A stretch of 64,000 nt of DNA from NCBI GenBank assembly GCA_963674965.2, contig CAXXFL010000007.1, forward strand, positions 938,379 through 1,002,378, in the 5' to 3' direction. This stretch comes from a bacterium. Lineage in GTDB: Bacteria; RBG-13-61-14; DATKZS01. This document shows, piece by piece, positions 18,997-28,028 of the stretch (positions are counted from its first letter, which is position 1; every line of letters starts with the position of its first letter). Made by a program: the position numbers and the translations under genes. The notes below the pieces were generated by a model. The model was not told where the DNA came from and made no database searches. It worked only from the letters and a program-made list of their open reading frames with translations.

Positions 18997-20403
18997 TCAC
19001 CCTTGTCGGTAAAAATCGAGAAGCTCCTTGGCGTTTTCCCTCACGCTTTTCACGGAGGGAACGCCCGCGCGGAGGTCGTCAATGGCGCGGGGCGACTCGA
19101 TGAGGGAGCGCATAACGCGGGCCAGGTCACGGTGGTCCCCGATACGGAAGGTCAACCCGCCCCCGTCCTTGACCAGCTCGGCCATGCCGCCCACGTCCGA
19201 GACGATGGCCGGGACGCCGGCGAGAAAGGCCTCGTGTATGGTGAGGGGAGAGTTCTCGTACCAAAGGGACGGCACGATTAAAGCGTCCAGACCCGAGAGG
19301 ATCGAGCCCACCTTGTCGTTCTCGAAGCGGCCCATAAACCTGACGCGTCGGCCCCGCGCCAGCTTTTCAAGTCTCTTGGCGTAAGCGGGAAACCACTTCA
19401 TGTCGCCGTATACGAGAAGCTCGGCGTTCGCGTCATCGAGAAGGCCCATGGCCTGGACCGCCAGGTGGACTCCCTTGTGCTCGACGGGCGTGCCGATGAA
19501 GCCGAACCTCAGGTGGCCGGCCTCGGTCCGCTCGAGGTTTTGGAAGGGAGTCGGATCGAACCCGTAGTCCGAATGGATAATTTTTTCGGGCGAGACCACG
19601 CCGGCCTCGAGGGTCTTTTCCATGAGGAACCGGCTGGGCGCGAAGACCATCCTGGCCGAGGAAAGGGCCCGGGTCATGGTTTCCATCCTGGCCTCGATCA
19701 TCTCCCTCCTCGCGTTGAGAGATGAGGCGGGATTCTCGAGGTCCCGGGCGTTCTTCCAGGCCCGGAGCCGCTCGACCAGGGGGGAAGGCATTTGGCGCTT
19801 GATCGCGTGGGCGGTCCGTATTGCCCGGTCGGCGGCCGCATTGACGATGGTCCCGGCCAGGCGCGCGGCCTTGTGGGGGGACGCGGCCAGTCCGCTTCCG
19901 GGCGATCCCGAGTAAAGCGCGCCGATGGCGTTGCCGCAGCGGGCGCAGCGCTCGGGGTCCGGTCCGGGGCACAAGGCAAAGCCGGGCTGGAGGAGCAGGA
20001 TGGGCGGGCATATGTGCCAGTAGTCGGCCAGGGTCAGGAAAGCCGGTATACCGGCCTTCTCGCATTCCTCGATCATGGAGCACGAGAGCCTGAAGGTATG
20101 CTGGAAATGGACCAGGTCGGGTTTTTGCTCGAGAAGAAAGTCACGGAAAAGCGCGTCAATTTCAGGGTCCGCGTAGGATTCCTTAAAGCCGGCCGGCTCC
20201 CCGCGCCGAAGGCGATAGACCGGGCCGCGCCAGTCGTCTTTGATAATCTCGAATTTGCCCGGGGGGAGGGGCGCGTCCTCCGAGGTGAAGACCACCACCT
20301 CGTGTCCCCGCCTCGCGAACTCCCGGGCCAGAAGGGACGCGTAAATCTCCGTGCCCGCCTGGTGGCCGGGAAGATAGTAGTGGACCACTAATAGGATTTT
20401 CAT
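18997..20403 (-). CDS. Glycosyltransferase family 4
   Basis: MKILLVVHYY.P..AGTEIY, DLVHFQH, TLADYWHICP, GFIG..HKG, VPSLWYENSPLTIHEA..GGMAELV. Confidence 0.92.
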   Translation of the reverse strand: MKILLVVHYYLPGHQAGTEIYASLLAREFARRGHEVVVFTSEDAPLPPGKFEIIKDDWRGPVYRLRRGEPAGFKESYADPEIDALFRDFLLEQKPDLVHFQHTFRLSCSMIEECEKAGIPAFLTLADYWHICPPILLLQPGFALCPGPDPERCARCGNAIGALYSGSPGSGLAASPHKAARLAGTIVNAAADRAIRTAHAIKRQMPSPLVERLRAWKNARDLENPASSLNARREMIEARMETMTRALSSARMVFAPSRFLMEKTLEAGVVSPEKIIHSDYGFDPTPFQNLERTEAGHLRFGFIGTPVEHKGVHLAVQAMGLLDDANAELLVYGDMKWFPAYAKRLEKLARGRRVRFMGRFENDKVGSILSGLDALIVPSLWYENSPLTIHEAFLAGVPAIVSDVGGMAELVKDGGGLTFRIGDHRDLARVMRSLIESPRAIDDLRAGVPSVKSVRENAKELLDFYRQG

Positions 20404-21383
20404 TTCAAGCGGGGCTTTATAAGCTTCTCGTAAAAGGAATAAAGAGGGAGGGCCTTGGTCTTGTCCATAAAGTCGGCCAGAAGCTCGATCTCCTCTTTAA
20501 GGGACGCGATCTCCTCGTCCCTGGCCGCCAGCTTTTCAAGGAGTTCTTCTTTCTCTTTTCTTTTCTTTTTAAGGGCCATGGCGCGGGCCATCTCGATGAC
20601 GAGGGACAGTCCCCGGAAGTCGGCCCGCTCGGCGGCCTCCCCCGAGGCCAGGTCGGCCAACTCTCCCCACCTGGGCCCCAGACCCTCGGCGGCCCCCACC
20701 AGGAAGTGCCGATAGGAGGGCTCGGCCTTGTCGTAATCGTAAAAGGCCCGGTTGTAGGCCTCCATGAAAAAGGGGATGGCGTCGGCCATCTCCGGGTCCG
20801 AGTCCAGGGAGTAATAGGAGGCCATCATCAGCATCCATCTGTCCAGCCGGCCGCTGGGAATGACCTGGACGTCGAGTCCGCGGTCGACCAGGCCCACGAT
20901 GGTCGAGACCAGGTCGGGCAGGGCCAGCTCGAGGTGCTCCTTTAAATAGGGATGATCGTAGCCCGACTGGCCCCGGATGAACTCGAATATCGCCTTGTCC
21001 GCCGACCGCACCGCCTCGGAATAAAAGGGGGCCGCCAGGATCACGTAGGACTTGGCCACCCGGCAAAGCTCGTGAATGAAAAGCTCGCGCCGCTCGGGGA
21101 CCACGTGCTCGAGGGTATCGAGGCTCACGGCTATGTCGAACCGATCGTCCTGAAAGGGAAGCTCGCATCCGCCGGCCATGACGTAGCCCGGCGCGTCGCC
21201 CGGGTGGACGTCCACCACGGTTATCTCGCGCCCGGAAAGGAACTTGCCTATTTGCGGCGGAAAGCCTCCTCCCACCTCGAGGATGGAAAGGCCCTTGCCC
21301 GAGCCCTCCAGGACCGGTACTATCTCGGCCACCAGGCGATAGCGCTGGTACTGATCGAAGGGAAGCCGGTAAACGTCCTCGAT
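20400..21383 (-). CDS. Class I SAM-dependent methyltransferase with C-terminal coiled coil (start uncertain: ATC 21383 or GTG 21332)
   Basis: ILEVGGG, LPFQDDRFDIAVSLDTLEHV; the frame is open back to TAG 21399-21401 and adds LPFDQYQRYRLV. Confidence 0.8.
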   Translation of the reverse strand: MEDVYRLPFDQYQRYRLVAEIVPVLEGSGKGLSILEVGGGFPPQIGKFLSGREITVVDVHPGDAPGYVMAGGCELPFQDDRFDIAVSLDTLEHVVPERRELFIHELCRVAKSYVILAAPFYSEAVRSADKAIFEFIRGQSGYDHPYLKEHLELALPDLVSTIVGLVDRGLDVQVIPSGRLDRWMLMMASYYSLDSDPEMADAIPFFMEAYNRAFYDYDKAEPSYRHFLVGAAEGLGPRWGELADLASGEAAERADFRGLSLVIEMARAMALKKKRKEKEELLEKLAARDEEIASLKEEIELLADFMDKTKALPLYSFYEKLIKPRLK

Positions 21384-21398
21384 GGTCTCCTCCTTTTC

Positions 21399-21986
21399 CT
21401 AGGCCCGTTCCTTGATCTTCACGGCCGGGACCCCGCCGACGACGGTGTAAGGACCCACCTCGCCCGTGACCACCGCCCCCGCCGCGACCACCGCGCCCTT
21501 GCCGACCGAGGAGCCGGGAAGCACTATGGCGCCGGCGCCTATCCAGACGTCGTCGCCCACGTGGATGGGCTTGCTCACGTGCTCCTGGCTTTGCATGGGC
21601 GCGTCGGGGTCGGTCCCGTGGTTGGCGCCGATGAAGGACGCGAAGGGCCCCACGTTCACCTGGTTGCCGATGACTATCTCGGCGTCCACCGCCCTGATGG
21701 TGACGCCGATCGAGCAGGTGAAGTCGTCGCCGATCGTGATCCGGTCGGCGCCCATGAAGGTGACGCAGGCCTCGATCCTCGGGTTGGCGCCGATCTTCAT
21801 GCCCTTTTCCGCGGCCTGGGCCAATGAGTGGGCGTGGAGGAAGGCGGCCTGCTCCCGCCACCAGAGCATGGCGGGCTCGGTCGAGGCCCAGAGCCTTCCC
21901 TCCCGGAGTTCCTTGTACATGCGATCCACGTCCGGGTCGGCCATCATGCGCGAGATAAACTTGATTTTTTGTATCAGGCTCATCAT
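21399..21986 (-). CDS. Hexapeptide-repeat (LbH) acetyltransferase, Maa/WbbJ-like
   Basis: PIHVGDDVWIGAGAIVLPG..VGKGAVVAAGAVVT..VVGGVPA. Confidence 0.9.
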   Translation of the reverse strand: MMSLIQKIKFISRMMADPDVDRMYKELREGRLWASTEPAMLWWREQAAFLHAHSLAQAAEKGMKIGANPRIEACVTFMGADRITIGDDFTCSIGVTIRAVDAEIVIGNQVNVGPFASFIGANHGTDPDAPMQSQEHVSKPIHVGDDVWIGAGAIVLPGSSVGKGAVVAAGAVVTGEVGPYTVVGGVPAVKIKERA

Positions 21987-22044
21987 ATAAGGTGATATCT
22001 CAGGTTGGCCCCCCGATCAAGCGGATGCCCCCTGAAGGTTTTTC

Positions 22045-23805
22045 TCAGCCTTCCTTTTTGCGCTCGAGCCGGGGTCTTCCCCAAAAGGCCGGGCAGAACT
22101 GGTTGTCGCCGCCGGGGGCGACGGTCTCGAGGGTAAGGAGCGCGTTCTTGTTCGCGAAGCGGGCGAGGTCCACCTCCCGATCGAGCCACTTGCGGTGGGA
22201 CGCCTCCCGCTTGGGATCGATGGTTTCCTCGAAGACGACCTTTTCCTTCCTCATCCTGGTTTTAATTTTAACGATGAAAGTCGTTCCTCCTCCCGGCTTG
22301 GTCCAGGAGTCCTCGGAAAAGGCCATGCCGAACCTGAGCGCGCTATCGGGCTCGACCTTTACCCGGTACGTGATCGAGCTGGGAGGATGGAGCAGCACGG
22401 ACAGCCGGTCCTCCCCCGCCACCCGCACGCGCCAGGTGGCCACGTAGTCGGGACCGCCCGGGCGGACCTCGGCCTTGTCGAAAAGGGCCGTCAGGTCCGC
22501 GTAGCCCCGCGCCGTCTTTTCCGCCTCGAGCTGGTGGCTGAGGGCCATGAATTCCTTGTGCAGTTCCCGCAGCCTGTCCCGCGAGATGGTCGGCAGGTCC
22601 AGGACCGGCTCGGACAGGAACACCGACGTGTTCTCGCCCACCTTGGCCAGGCCCATCTCGACGCAGACGTCGTGGATCGGGGTCCCGGGAAAAGGATAGA
22701 AGATCGACACCTGCGGGTGGTGGGGCTTGATAATGCGGTTAAGCTCCATGGTGTCGCGAATGGTTTCCTCCGTGTCGCCCGGCACGCCGATCATGTTGAA
22801 GTCCCACGTCTCGAGACCCAGCTCGTCGGCCCAGCCGAAGACCTCAATGATCTTCCGGTTGGTCATCTTGCGGTTCAGGACCTCGCGCCTGATCCTCTCG
22901 TTCCCGCTCTCGACGCCCACGATCACCGAGTAAAGGCCCGCGTCGGCCATCCGCTCGAGGGTCTCCCTGTCCACCGACTCGACGCGCAGGAAAATCTGGA
23001 AGGGCGTTTTAAACTTCGCCTTGTATGCCTCGCAGAACTCGAGTATCCACTTCTTCTTGAGCGCGAAAACCTCGTCCATGAAGATGAGGCTTTTGATATC
23101 GGGATAGCGAGCGTGAACGTCCCCAATCTCCCCCATCAGGTCGTCGAGGGGCCGCTGGCGCACCCACTTGGCCTGGCCGCCCACCAGGCTCGCCAGCACG
23201 GTGTTGCAACAGTAGGTGCAGTTGAAGGGACAGCCGCGGGAGGCCATCATCGAGACCTGGCGGTCGTTATAGAGCATGAGCTTCCCGTCGTCGAACAGCT
23301 CGCGGTCGGGCCAGGGAAGGCCGGCCAGGTCTACCGGCGGCCGCAGGTCGTTGCGGACAAGCTCGCCGCTTTTGTTCGCGGCCCACAGGTTCCTGATGGC
23401 GCTGAAGTCGCGGCCTTGACCCAGGGCCTCGAGAAGCTCGAGCAGGGGATACTCTCCCTCCCCCCTGACCAGGGCGTCGAAGGCCCCCGAGGCCATCACG
23501 TTCTCCGGGTCGATGGTCGCGTGAATGCCCCCGATGACGATGAACTTGTCCGTCGCCTTTTTCAGCGCCCGGGCGTAGCGGAGGGTAAAGGAGAACTGCT
23601 GGGTGGTGCTCGAGAAGGCGGCCACCTCGGGGTCGATGGACTTGACCCGCGCGACAAGCTCCTCGTCGGAAATCTCCTTATCCAGATACAAAAGCTCGAC
23701 CTCGTGCCCGCCGCGCTTGAGCACCGACGATATCCAGGCCAGCCCGTGTTGATAATGCGGAAACTGAATGGTGTTTATGTCCGGATATATAAGAAGAATC
23801 TTCAT
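22045..23805 (-). CDS. Cobalamin-binding radical SAM protein with C-terminal beta-sandwich domain
   Basis: N-terminal B12-binding region (IGGIHAT, VRGEGE), SRGCPFNCTYC, GVESGNE, PFPGTP; ATG 23805. Confidence 0.9.
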   Translation of the reverse strand: MKILLIYPDINTIQFPHYQHGLAWISSVLKRGGHEVELLYLDKEISDEELVARVKSIDPEVAAFSSTTQQFSFTLRYARALKKATDKFIVIGGIHATIDPENVMASGAFDALVRGEGEYPLLELLEALGQGRDFSAIRNLWAANKSGELVRNDLRPPVDLAGLPWPDRELFDDGKLMLYNDRQVSMMASRGCPFNCTYCCNTVLASLVGGQAKWVRQRPLDDLMGEIGDVHARYPDIKSLIFMDEVFALKKKWILEFCEAYKAKFKTPFQIFLRVESVDRETLERMADAGLYSVIVGVESGNERIRREVLNRKMTNRKIIEVFGWADELGLETWDFNMIGVPGDTEETIRDTMELNRIIKPHHPQVSIFYPFPGTPIHDVCVEMGLAKVGENTSVFLSEPVLDLPTISRDRLRELHKEFMALSHQLEAEKTARGYADLTALFDKAEVRPGGPDYVATWRVRVAGEDRLSVLLHPPSSITYRVKVEPDSALRFGMAFSEDSWTKPGGGTTFIVKIKTRMRKEKVVFEETIDPKREASHRKWLDREVDLARFANKNALLTLETVAPGGDNQFCPAFWGRPRLERKKEG

Positions 23806-24080
23806 GTCCGAAAAAGCCCGGCGGTAAGGACCGATCGGCGCCAAGTCCCTAAAAGCCCTTCCCGGCTCCGTTAGGCGAAGTCTATCAGATGCCTCGGATG
23901 AGGTAAAGTCATTGGTGGAAAACATGGGAGCAATGGCTTCCCGGTGAATCGCCAACGAGGCCGCCCGCCATCATCATTACGGCCCAACCCAGAGGCGAAG
24001 GCGGCGCGACCGCGTGGGACCCCACGGACCGGGCCCGCCTCGTCGTACAAATATTCCTTGACGGCCCGATTCATCGGGCC

Positions 24081-24131
24081 TCCGAGCGAGCTTTAGCGAC
24101 GCGAGCTAATAGGCCCGCGCTAAAGCGCGGG
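24081..24131 (+). repeat. 51-bp direct repeat copy 1, containing a REP-like palindrome
   Basis: TCCGAGCGAGCTTTAGCGACGCGAGCtaataGGCCCGCGCTAAAGCGCGGG. Confidence 0.75.
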
Positions 24132-24317
24132 CGAAGGCCGCTCGCCCGAAGTGGGCGGGTCGCCCAGCGCGGCGCGGGAGAAATAATCCACGCGCTCCCG
24201 CGCCGGGAAGAGTCGGTTTATTACCGCTACTCATGCCTGAAAATCGATCATCAAACGCGACTGAAGCAAACGCGGTGGCCTGCTCGCTTTGCTCGCCCTA
24301 TAGCGTTATTACTGGTC

Positions 24318-25598
24318 TCAATCCCTCACGCAGCGGAAGCCCACGCCGTTGAAATCCAGTTCGGGCGGGGCGTAAGACCTGTAAGAAACTAGATATTCCA
24401 GATAGTGGTTCATGCAGGAAAGACCGCGGAGGACGCGCCACGAACCGGAGGCCGGTCCGGGAGGGTCGTTAACCGGGCTCGAGCCATAGTATGACGATGA
24501 ATGCCAGTCGTTGACCCATTCATACACGTTGCCCATCATATCGTAAAGACCGTAGCCGTTCGGCGCGTAATACTTTACCGGAGACGTGTCATTGTCCCAG
24601 GGGTCGCCTGAATCTTGAAAGTTGGCGTCGGAGCCGGTAATGGCGTCTCCCCATGGAAAGCGCTTGCCCTCGAGGCCTCCCCTCGCCGCGTACTCCCACT
24701 CCGCCTCTGAGGGCAGGCGCTTGTCCGCCCAGGCGCAATACTCCGAGGCCTGGTTCCAACTGACGTGCATCACCGGATATTCGTCATAGGCCGTGTCCCC
24801 GTAATAAACGGTCCTTGTATTGCTTGAAGAATCGGAAGGGGCCGTGCACGCCCCGGCGCCGACGCAACTCGCGTACTCCGAGTTGGTCACCTCGTGAGCG
24901 TCCATGAAAAAGGGAGAGGTGACGCAAACGGTATGCACGGGGCGTTGGTCGCCGTACCCCTCGTTAAAGTGGTCGCCCATCTCGAAGCACCCGGCCGGGA
25001 CCATGACCATGTCCGGATGAAAAGGGCAGTCCTCATCTATCACGCCGTCACAGTCGTTATCTTTCCCATCGCAGGCGTCGGTCGCGCCCGGATATACGTC
25101 CGCGGCCAAATCGTTACAGTCGTCGTCGGGCGTATTCGAGCCGCCCGGCTTGTAGTGTCCGTCGCCGTCAAGATCGAGGCCGCTCAAATCGACGGACAAC
25201 GCGTAGGGCGCGCTCGTGATCCTCGCCCTCGGCGTCATCTCATTGTCGGAACCGACCTTAACGCCCATCCACACGTCCTGGTGGTTCTGAAAGACCGCGG
25301 CCAGGTTGCCCTCCGTTCCAGCGGTTATCGTCCCTGAGCCTATCAGCGCGCTGTAAAGCCCGCCCGTTACCACCACGTCCTCCTGGAGGACCGTGAGGAG
25401 GGCGGTGTCTCCCGCCAGGGAGGCGTAGAAGGTAAAGGTCAGGTCCACGGTATCGCCGTCCGCCGGAGGCTGGCCCGAGGCGTCGGTAATCCTGCCCTGG
25501 TAATTGATTAGCTGAGGCGCGGACCCCCCCAGCGAAAGACCAATGAACGCCACCGATAAAAAAAACGCCATTAACGCCGCCGCTATTTTCGTCCTCAT
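24318..25598 (-). CDS. Exported protein: N-terminal INYQGR domain, MopE-like Cys/Asp metal-binding motif, C-terminal FGE-sulfatase (SUMF1/CLec-fold) domain
   Basis: Signal peptide; LINYQGRITD; DLDGDG..DCND..VYPGA.DACDGKDNDCDG.IDE; FFMDAHEVTN, KRLPSEAEWEYAARGG, NGYGLYDMMGNVYEW, RVLRG, GFRC. Confidence 0.85.
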   Translation of the reverse strand: MRTKIAAALMAFFLSVAFIGLSLGGSAPQLINYQGRITDASGQPPADGDTVDLTFTFYASLAGDTALLTVLQEDVVVTGGLYSALIGSGTITAGTEGNLAAVFQNHQDVWMGVKVGSDNEMTPRARITSAPYALSVDLSGLDLDGDGHYKPGGSNTPDDDCNDLAADVYPGATDACDGKDNDCDGVIDEDCPFHPDMVMVPAGCFEMGDHFNEGYGDQRPVHTVCVTSPFFMDAHEVTNSEYASCVGAGACTAPSDSSSNTRTVYYGDTAYDEYPVMHVSWNQASEYCAWADKRLPSEAEWEYAARGGLEGKRFPWGDAITGSDANFQDSGDPWDNDTSPVKYYAPNGYGLYDMMGNVYEWVNDWHSSSYYGSSPVNDPPGPASGSWRVLRGLSCMNHYLEYLVSYRSYAPPELDFNGVGFRCVRD

Positions 25599-25713
25599 GA
25601 CTTGACCCTCCTCGAGGCGAGAAATTAATAAGGCTTGTATAAGCTAAACATACTACTTGGCCGTTATATGTCAAGTGGAAAGACAAGGCCCGGGCTGGTG
25701 GATGCAAACCGAT
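25588..25713 (-). repeat. ~125-bp duplicated promoter/leader/start, copy A
   Basis: Near-identical to 29937..30060; minus strand contains TTGACA-16nt-TATGTT, an RBS and ATG AGG ACG AA. Confidence 0.88.
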
Positions 25714-25764
25714 TCCGAGCGAGCTTTGGCGACGCGAGCCGTTCGGCCCGTGCTTTAGCGCGGG
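25714..25764 (+). repeat. 51-bp direct repeat copy 2 with REP-like palindrome
   Basis: TCCGAGCGAGCTTTGGCGACGCGAGCcgttcGGCCCGTGCTTTAGCGCGGG. Confidence 0.75.
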
Positions 25765-25942
25765 TTACTCGGCGGCCCGCGTTTTTATTGAGGGCGTTTT
25801 AACGTCCTTCTCGTTACTGACGCTTCAGCGACCCGTTCCCAGGGTTCGATCCGCTCCGACATAGCCCGTTCGCCGGATAAATCCATTGTTTTGAGAAGAA
25901 CGCTAAAGCGCCCTCCCGATAAAATATATCGGGGCCACCAGC

Positions 25943-25964
25943 AACCCGCGCTAAAGCGCGGGCT
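25943..25964. repeat. Third REP-like palindrome, inverted relative to copy 2
   Basis: AACCCGCGCTAAAGCGCGGGCT. Confidence 0.65.
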
Positions 25965-26096
25965 TGGAACTCGCCGCGCTCGGAAGGCCGTTGAAATGGC
26001 CAAGACGAAACGCTGAAGCCCTCAAGATACTCCCTTTTATTGCAGAATATATGCGCCACCATATTAGCTCTTACATTTGTAACTATTTATCATCTC

Positions 26097-27071
26097 TCAT
26101 TCTTTCCTTGGACACCCGCTGTCTTTAATTATCTTTTTAATAGACATTCCGTCTGAACCGTCGAGTACCTTGAGTTCATCATTTTGTACCTCTTCACAAA
26201 TGATAGCCCTCATTCTCGGATCAATGCCTTTTAGTTCATCCAGCAGTATTAAAGCTTTGAAATCTTTTACATCGATCGGGCTAGCCTGCAGGTTAATTGC
26301 ACTACGAAGAGATTCAATTTTTGTGGCATTGTCAATTGCATCAAGGTTAAGAATGCATTTATTGTAATCGTCGAGACTGCCGGCGGACAAGGCGTCATTT
26401 ACGATGATCTTAGAGCATTCGGCATTATCAATTTTACAGTGCAGGCAATCGAGAATTCCGTCAAAGCCTCCCAACTTTTCACCTGGATATGACCGAGGGT
26501 TGTTCCGGTTCCAGTATATTATAAATTCTGATATTTCTTTTGGGTGGGAGCCGGCAAATATCTTAACTAATTGCGATTTGTTATAAGTATCGACTTCGTC
26601 TTCCGGCGTGTATAGTAAGGATTCGTAATAGGAGAAGTATTTACTCCGGTCAATTTTAAAAACAAGGTCATAAAATGAATCATCCAGATAAGGGAAACTG
26701 CCAATTAGATAGGCAATTTCCGCGTTAATTGATTTGTCATTTCCGTTGGAAAGAAACTTGATGTAGTTTGATTCACTGAAAGTGATCTTTTTGTCATTCT
26801 CATGCTCCTCAAGCCAGCACCTCTGAACTTCAATAGGGTGACAGTTATTGCCATATCTTTGACGGAGTAGCCAATTGATTTCTTCGCTATCGTCACTTCT
26901 GTCCCACTTGCATATGTAGTCGTGAATGGGGATGGAGCACTCCGGGTAACTGTAATACTTTTCAATGTACTTTATTTTGAGTTTAACGTCGGCGGATGTC
27001 AGTTCTCTCGGGGAGAGTATCACTAATAATGAAACCAATGCAACCAAGTGCCGAATGTATTTTCTAAGCAT
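26097..27071 (-). CDS. AT-rich, Cys-rich exported hypothetical protein (paralog 1; immunity-like)
   Basis: 324-aa ORF with signal peptide; aligns by eye with the interrupted neighbour (YPEC, ICxWD, RCWL, FxESNYI, FYDLVFxIDRS, YYESLLY, CxHC, YNKC, KDFKALILL). Confidence 0.75.
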   Translation of the reverse strand: MLRKYIRHLVALVSLLVILSPRELTSADVKLKIKYIEKYYSYPECSIPIHDYICKWDRSDDSEEINWLLRQRYGNNCHPIEVQRCWLEEHENDKKITFSESNYIKFLSNGNDKSINAEIAYLIGSFPYLDDSFYDLVFKIDRSKYFSYYESLLYTPEDEVDTYNKSQLVKIFAGSHPKEISEFIIYWNRNNPRSYPGEKLGGFDGILDCLHCKIDNAECSKIIVNDALSAGSLDDYNKCILNLDAIDNATKIESLRSAINLQASPIDVKDFKALILLDELKGIDPRMRAIICEEVQNDELKVLDGSDGMSIKKIIKDSGCPRKE

Positions 27072-27488
27072 CTTATCCTCCCGCTGATAAATGCGACAAC
27101 ATATCGGATTATTGTCGTAATATCGCTACTTAACGTCCTTATTTGAACATTTGCTTTCCTCAATGATCTTATTTACAGCGGCAAGGTCCTCATCATTGAG
27201 CACTTTAAGTTCATTGTCATCAATAACTCCCTCGCAAATTCTATTTCTAATTCTCTGGTCAATTCCGTTTAGATCATTCAACAGTATTAGAGCTTTGAAA
27301 TCCTTCTCATTCATTGGAGACGTATACAATCTAGCACTAACGTTACTTCTTAAAGATTGTATTTTAATATTATAGTCAATTCCATCAAGGTTTTTAATAC
27401 ACTTATTGTAATTGTCAGTCCCTCTGTGCCAACGTAGATGAGACACTTCCCCTATGTTAAATTACTGTAGGGCGGGGGAGGTATTAGG

Positions 27489-28028
27489 ATGTATAGAGAG
27501 ATGGATGAAGACAGGAAGAAGGCAGGGATTGTTGGGGAGACGGAGGGAGCCCGTAGGGCGACCGGAGTCTCCCCAACCGGGACGGCCGAGCCGGAGGACA
27601 CTCCTGCCAAGCGGCCCGAGCGGGTGGGGGCGCCGATCATTCTTCCCGAGCCGGAGGTCCCGGAAAAGCCCGCCCGGCGGCGCTTCACCGCGGCTTACAA
27701 GCTCGCAATCCTCGGGAAGGCCGACGCCTGCTCGGGGCATGGCGAGGTCGGCGCCCTGCTGCGCCGGGAGGGCCTTTATTCGTCGCACCTGACGGCCTGG
27801 CGCAAGCAGCGGGACGAGGGGGCCTTGAAAGCGCTTTCGCCCGTAAAGCGGGGCCGCAAGCCCAAGGCCAAAAACCCGCTGGCCGATGAAGTGGCCCGCC
27901 TCGAGCGCGAGAACCGGAAGCTCCAAAAGCGGCTCGAACAGGCCGAGATGATAATCGACTTCCAAAAAAAAGTTGCCGATCTGCTGGGGATACCCCTGGC
28001 CAAGCCGCCCGGCGAAGAGAGCGAATGA
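27489..28028 (+). CDS. IS transposase OrfA (HTH and leucine zipper)
   Basis: RRRFTAAYKLAIL..GEVGALLRREGLYSSHLTAWRKQ..EVARLERENRKLQKRLEQAE. Confidence 0.85.
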   Translation: MYREMDEDRKKAGIVGETEGARRATGVSPTGTAEPEDTPAKRPERVGAPIILPEPEVPEKPARRRFTAAYKLAILGKADACSGHGEVGALLRREGLYSSHLTAWRKQRDEGALKALSPVKRGRKPKAKNPLADEVARLERENRKLQKRLEQAEMIIDFQKKVADLLGIPLAKPPGEESE

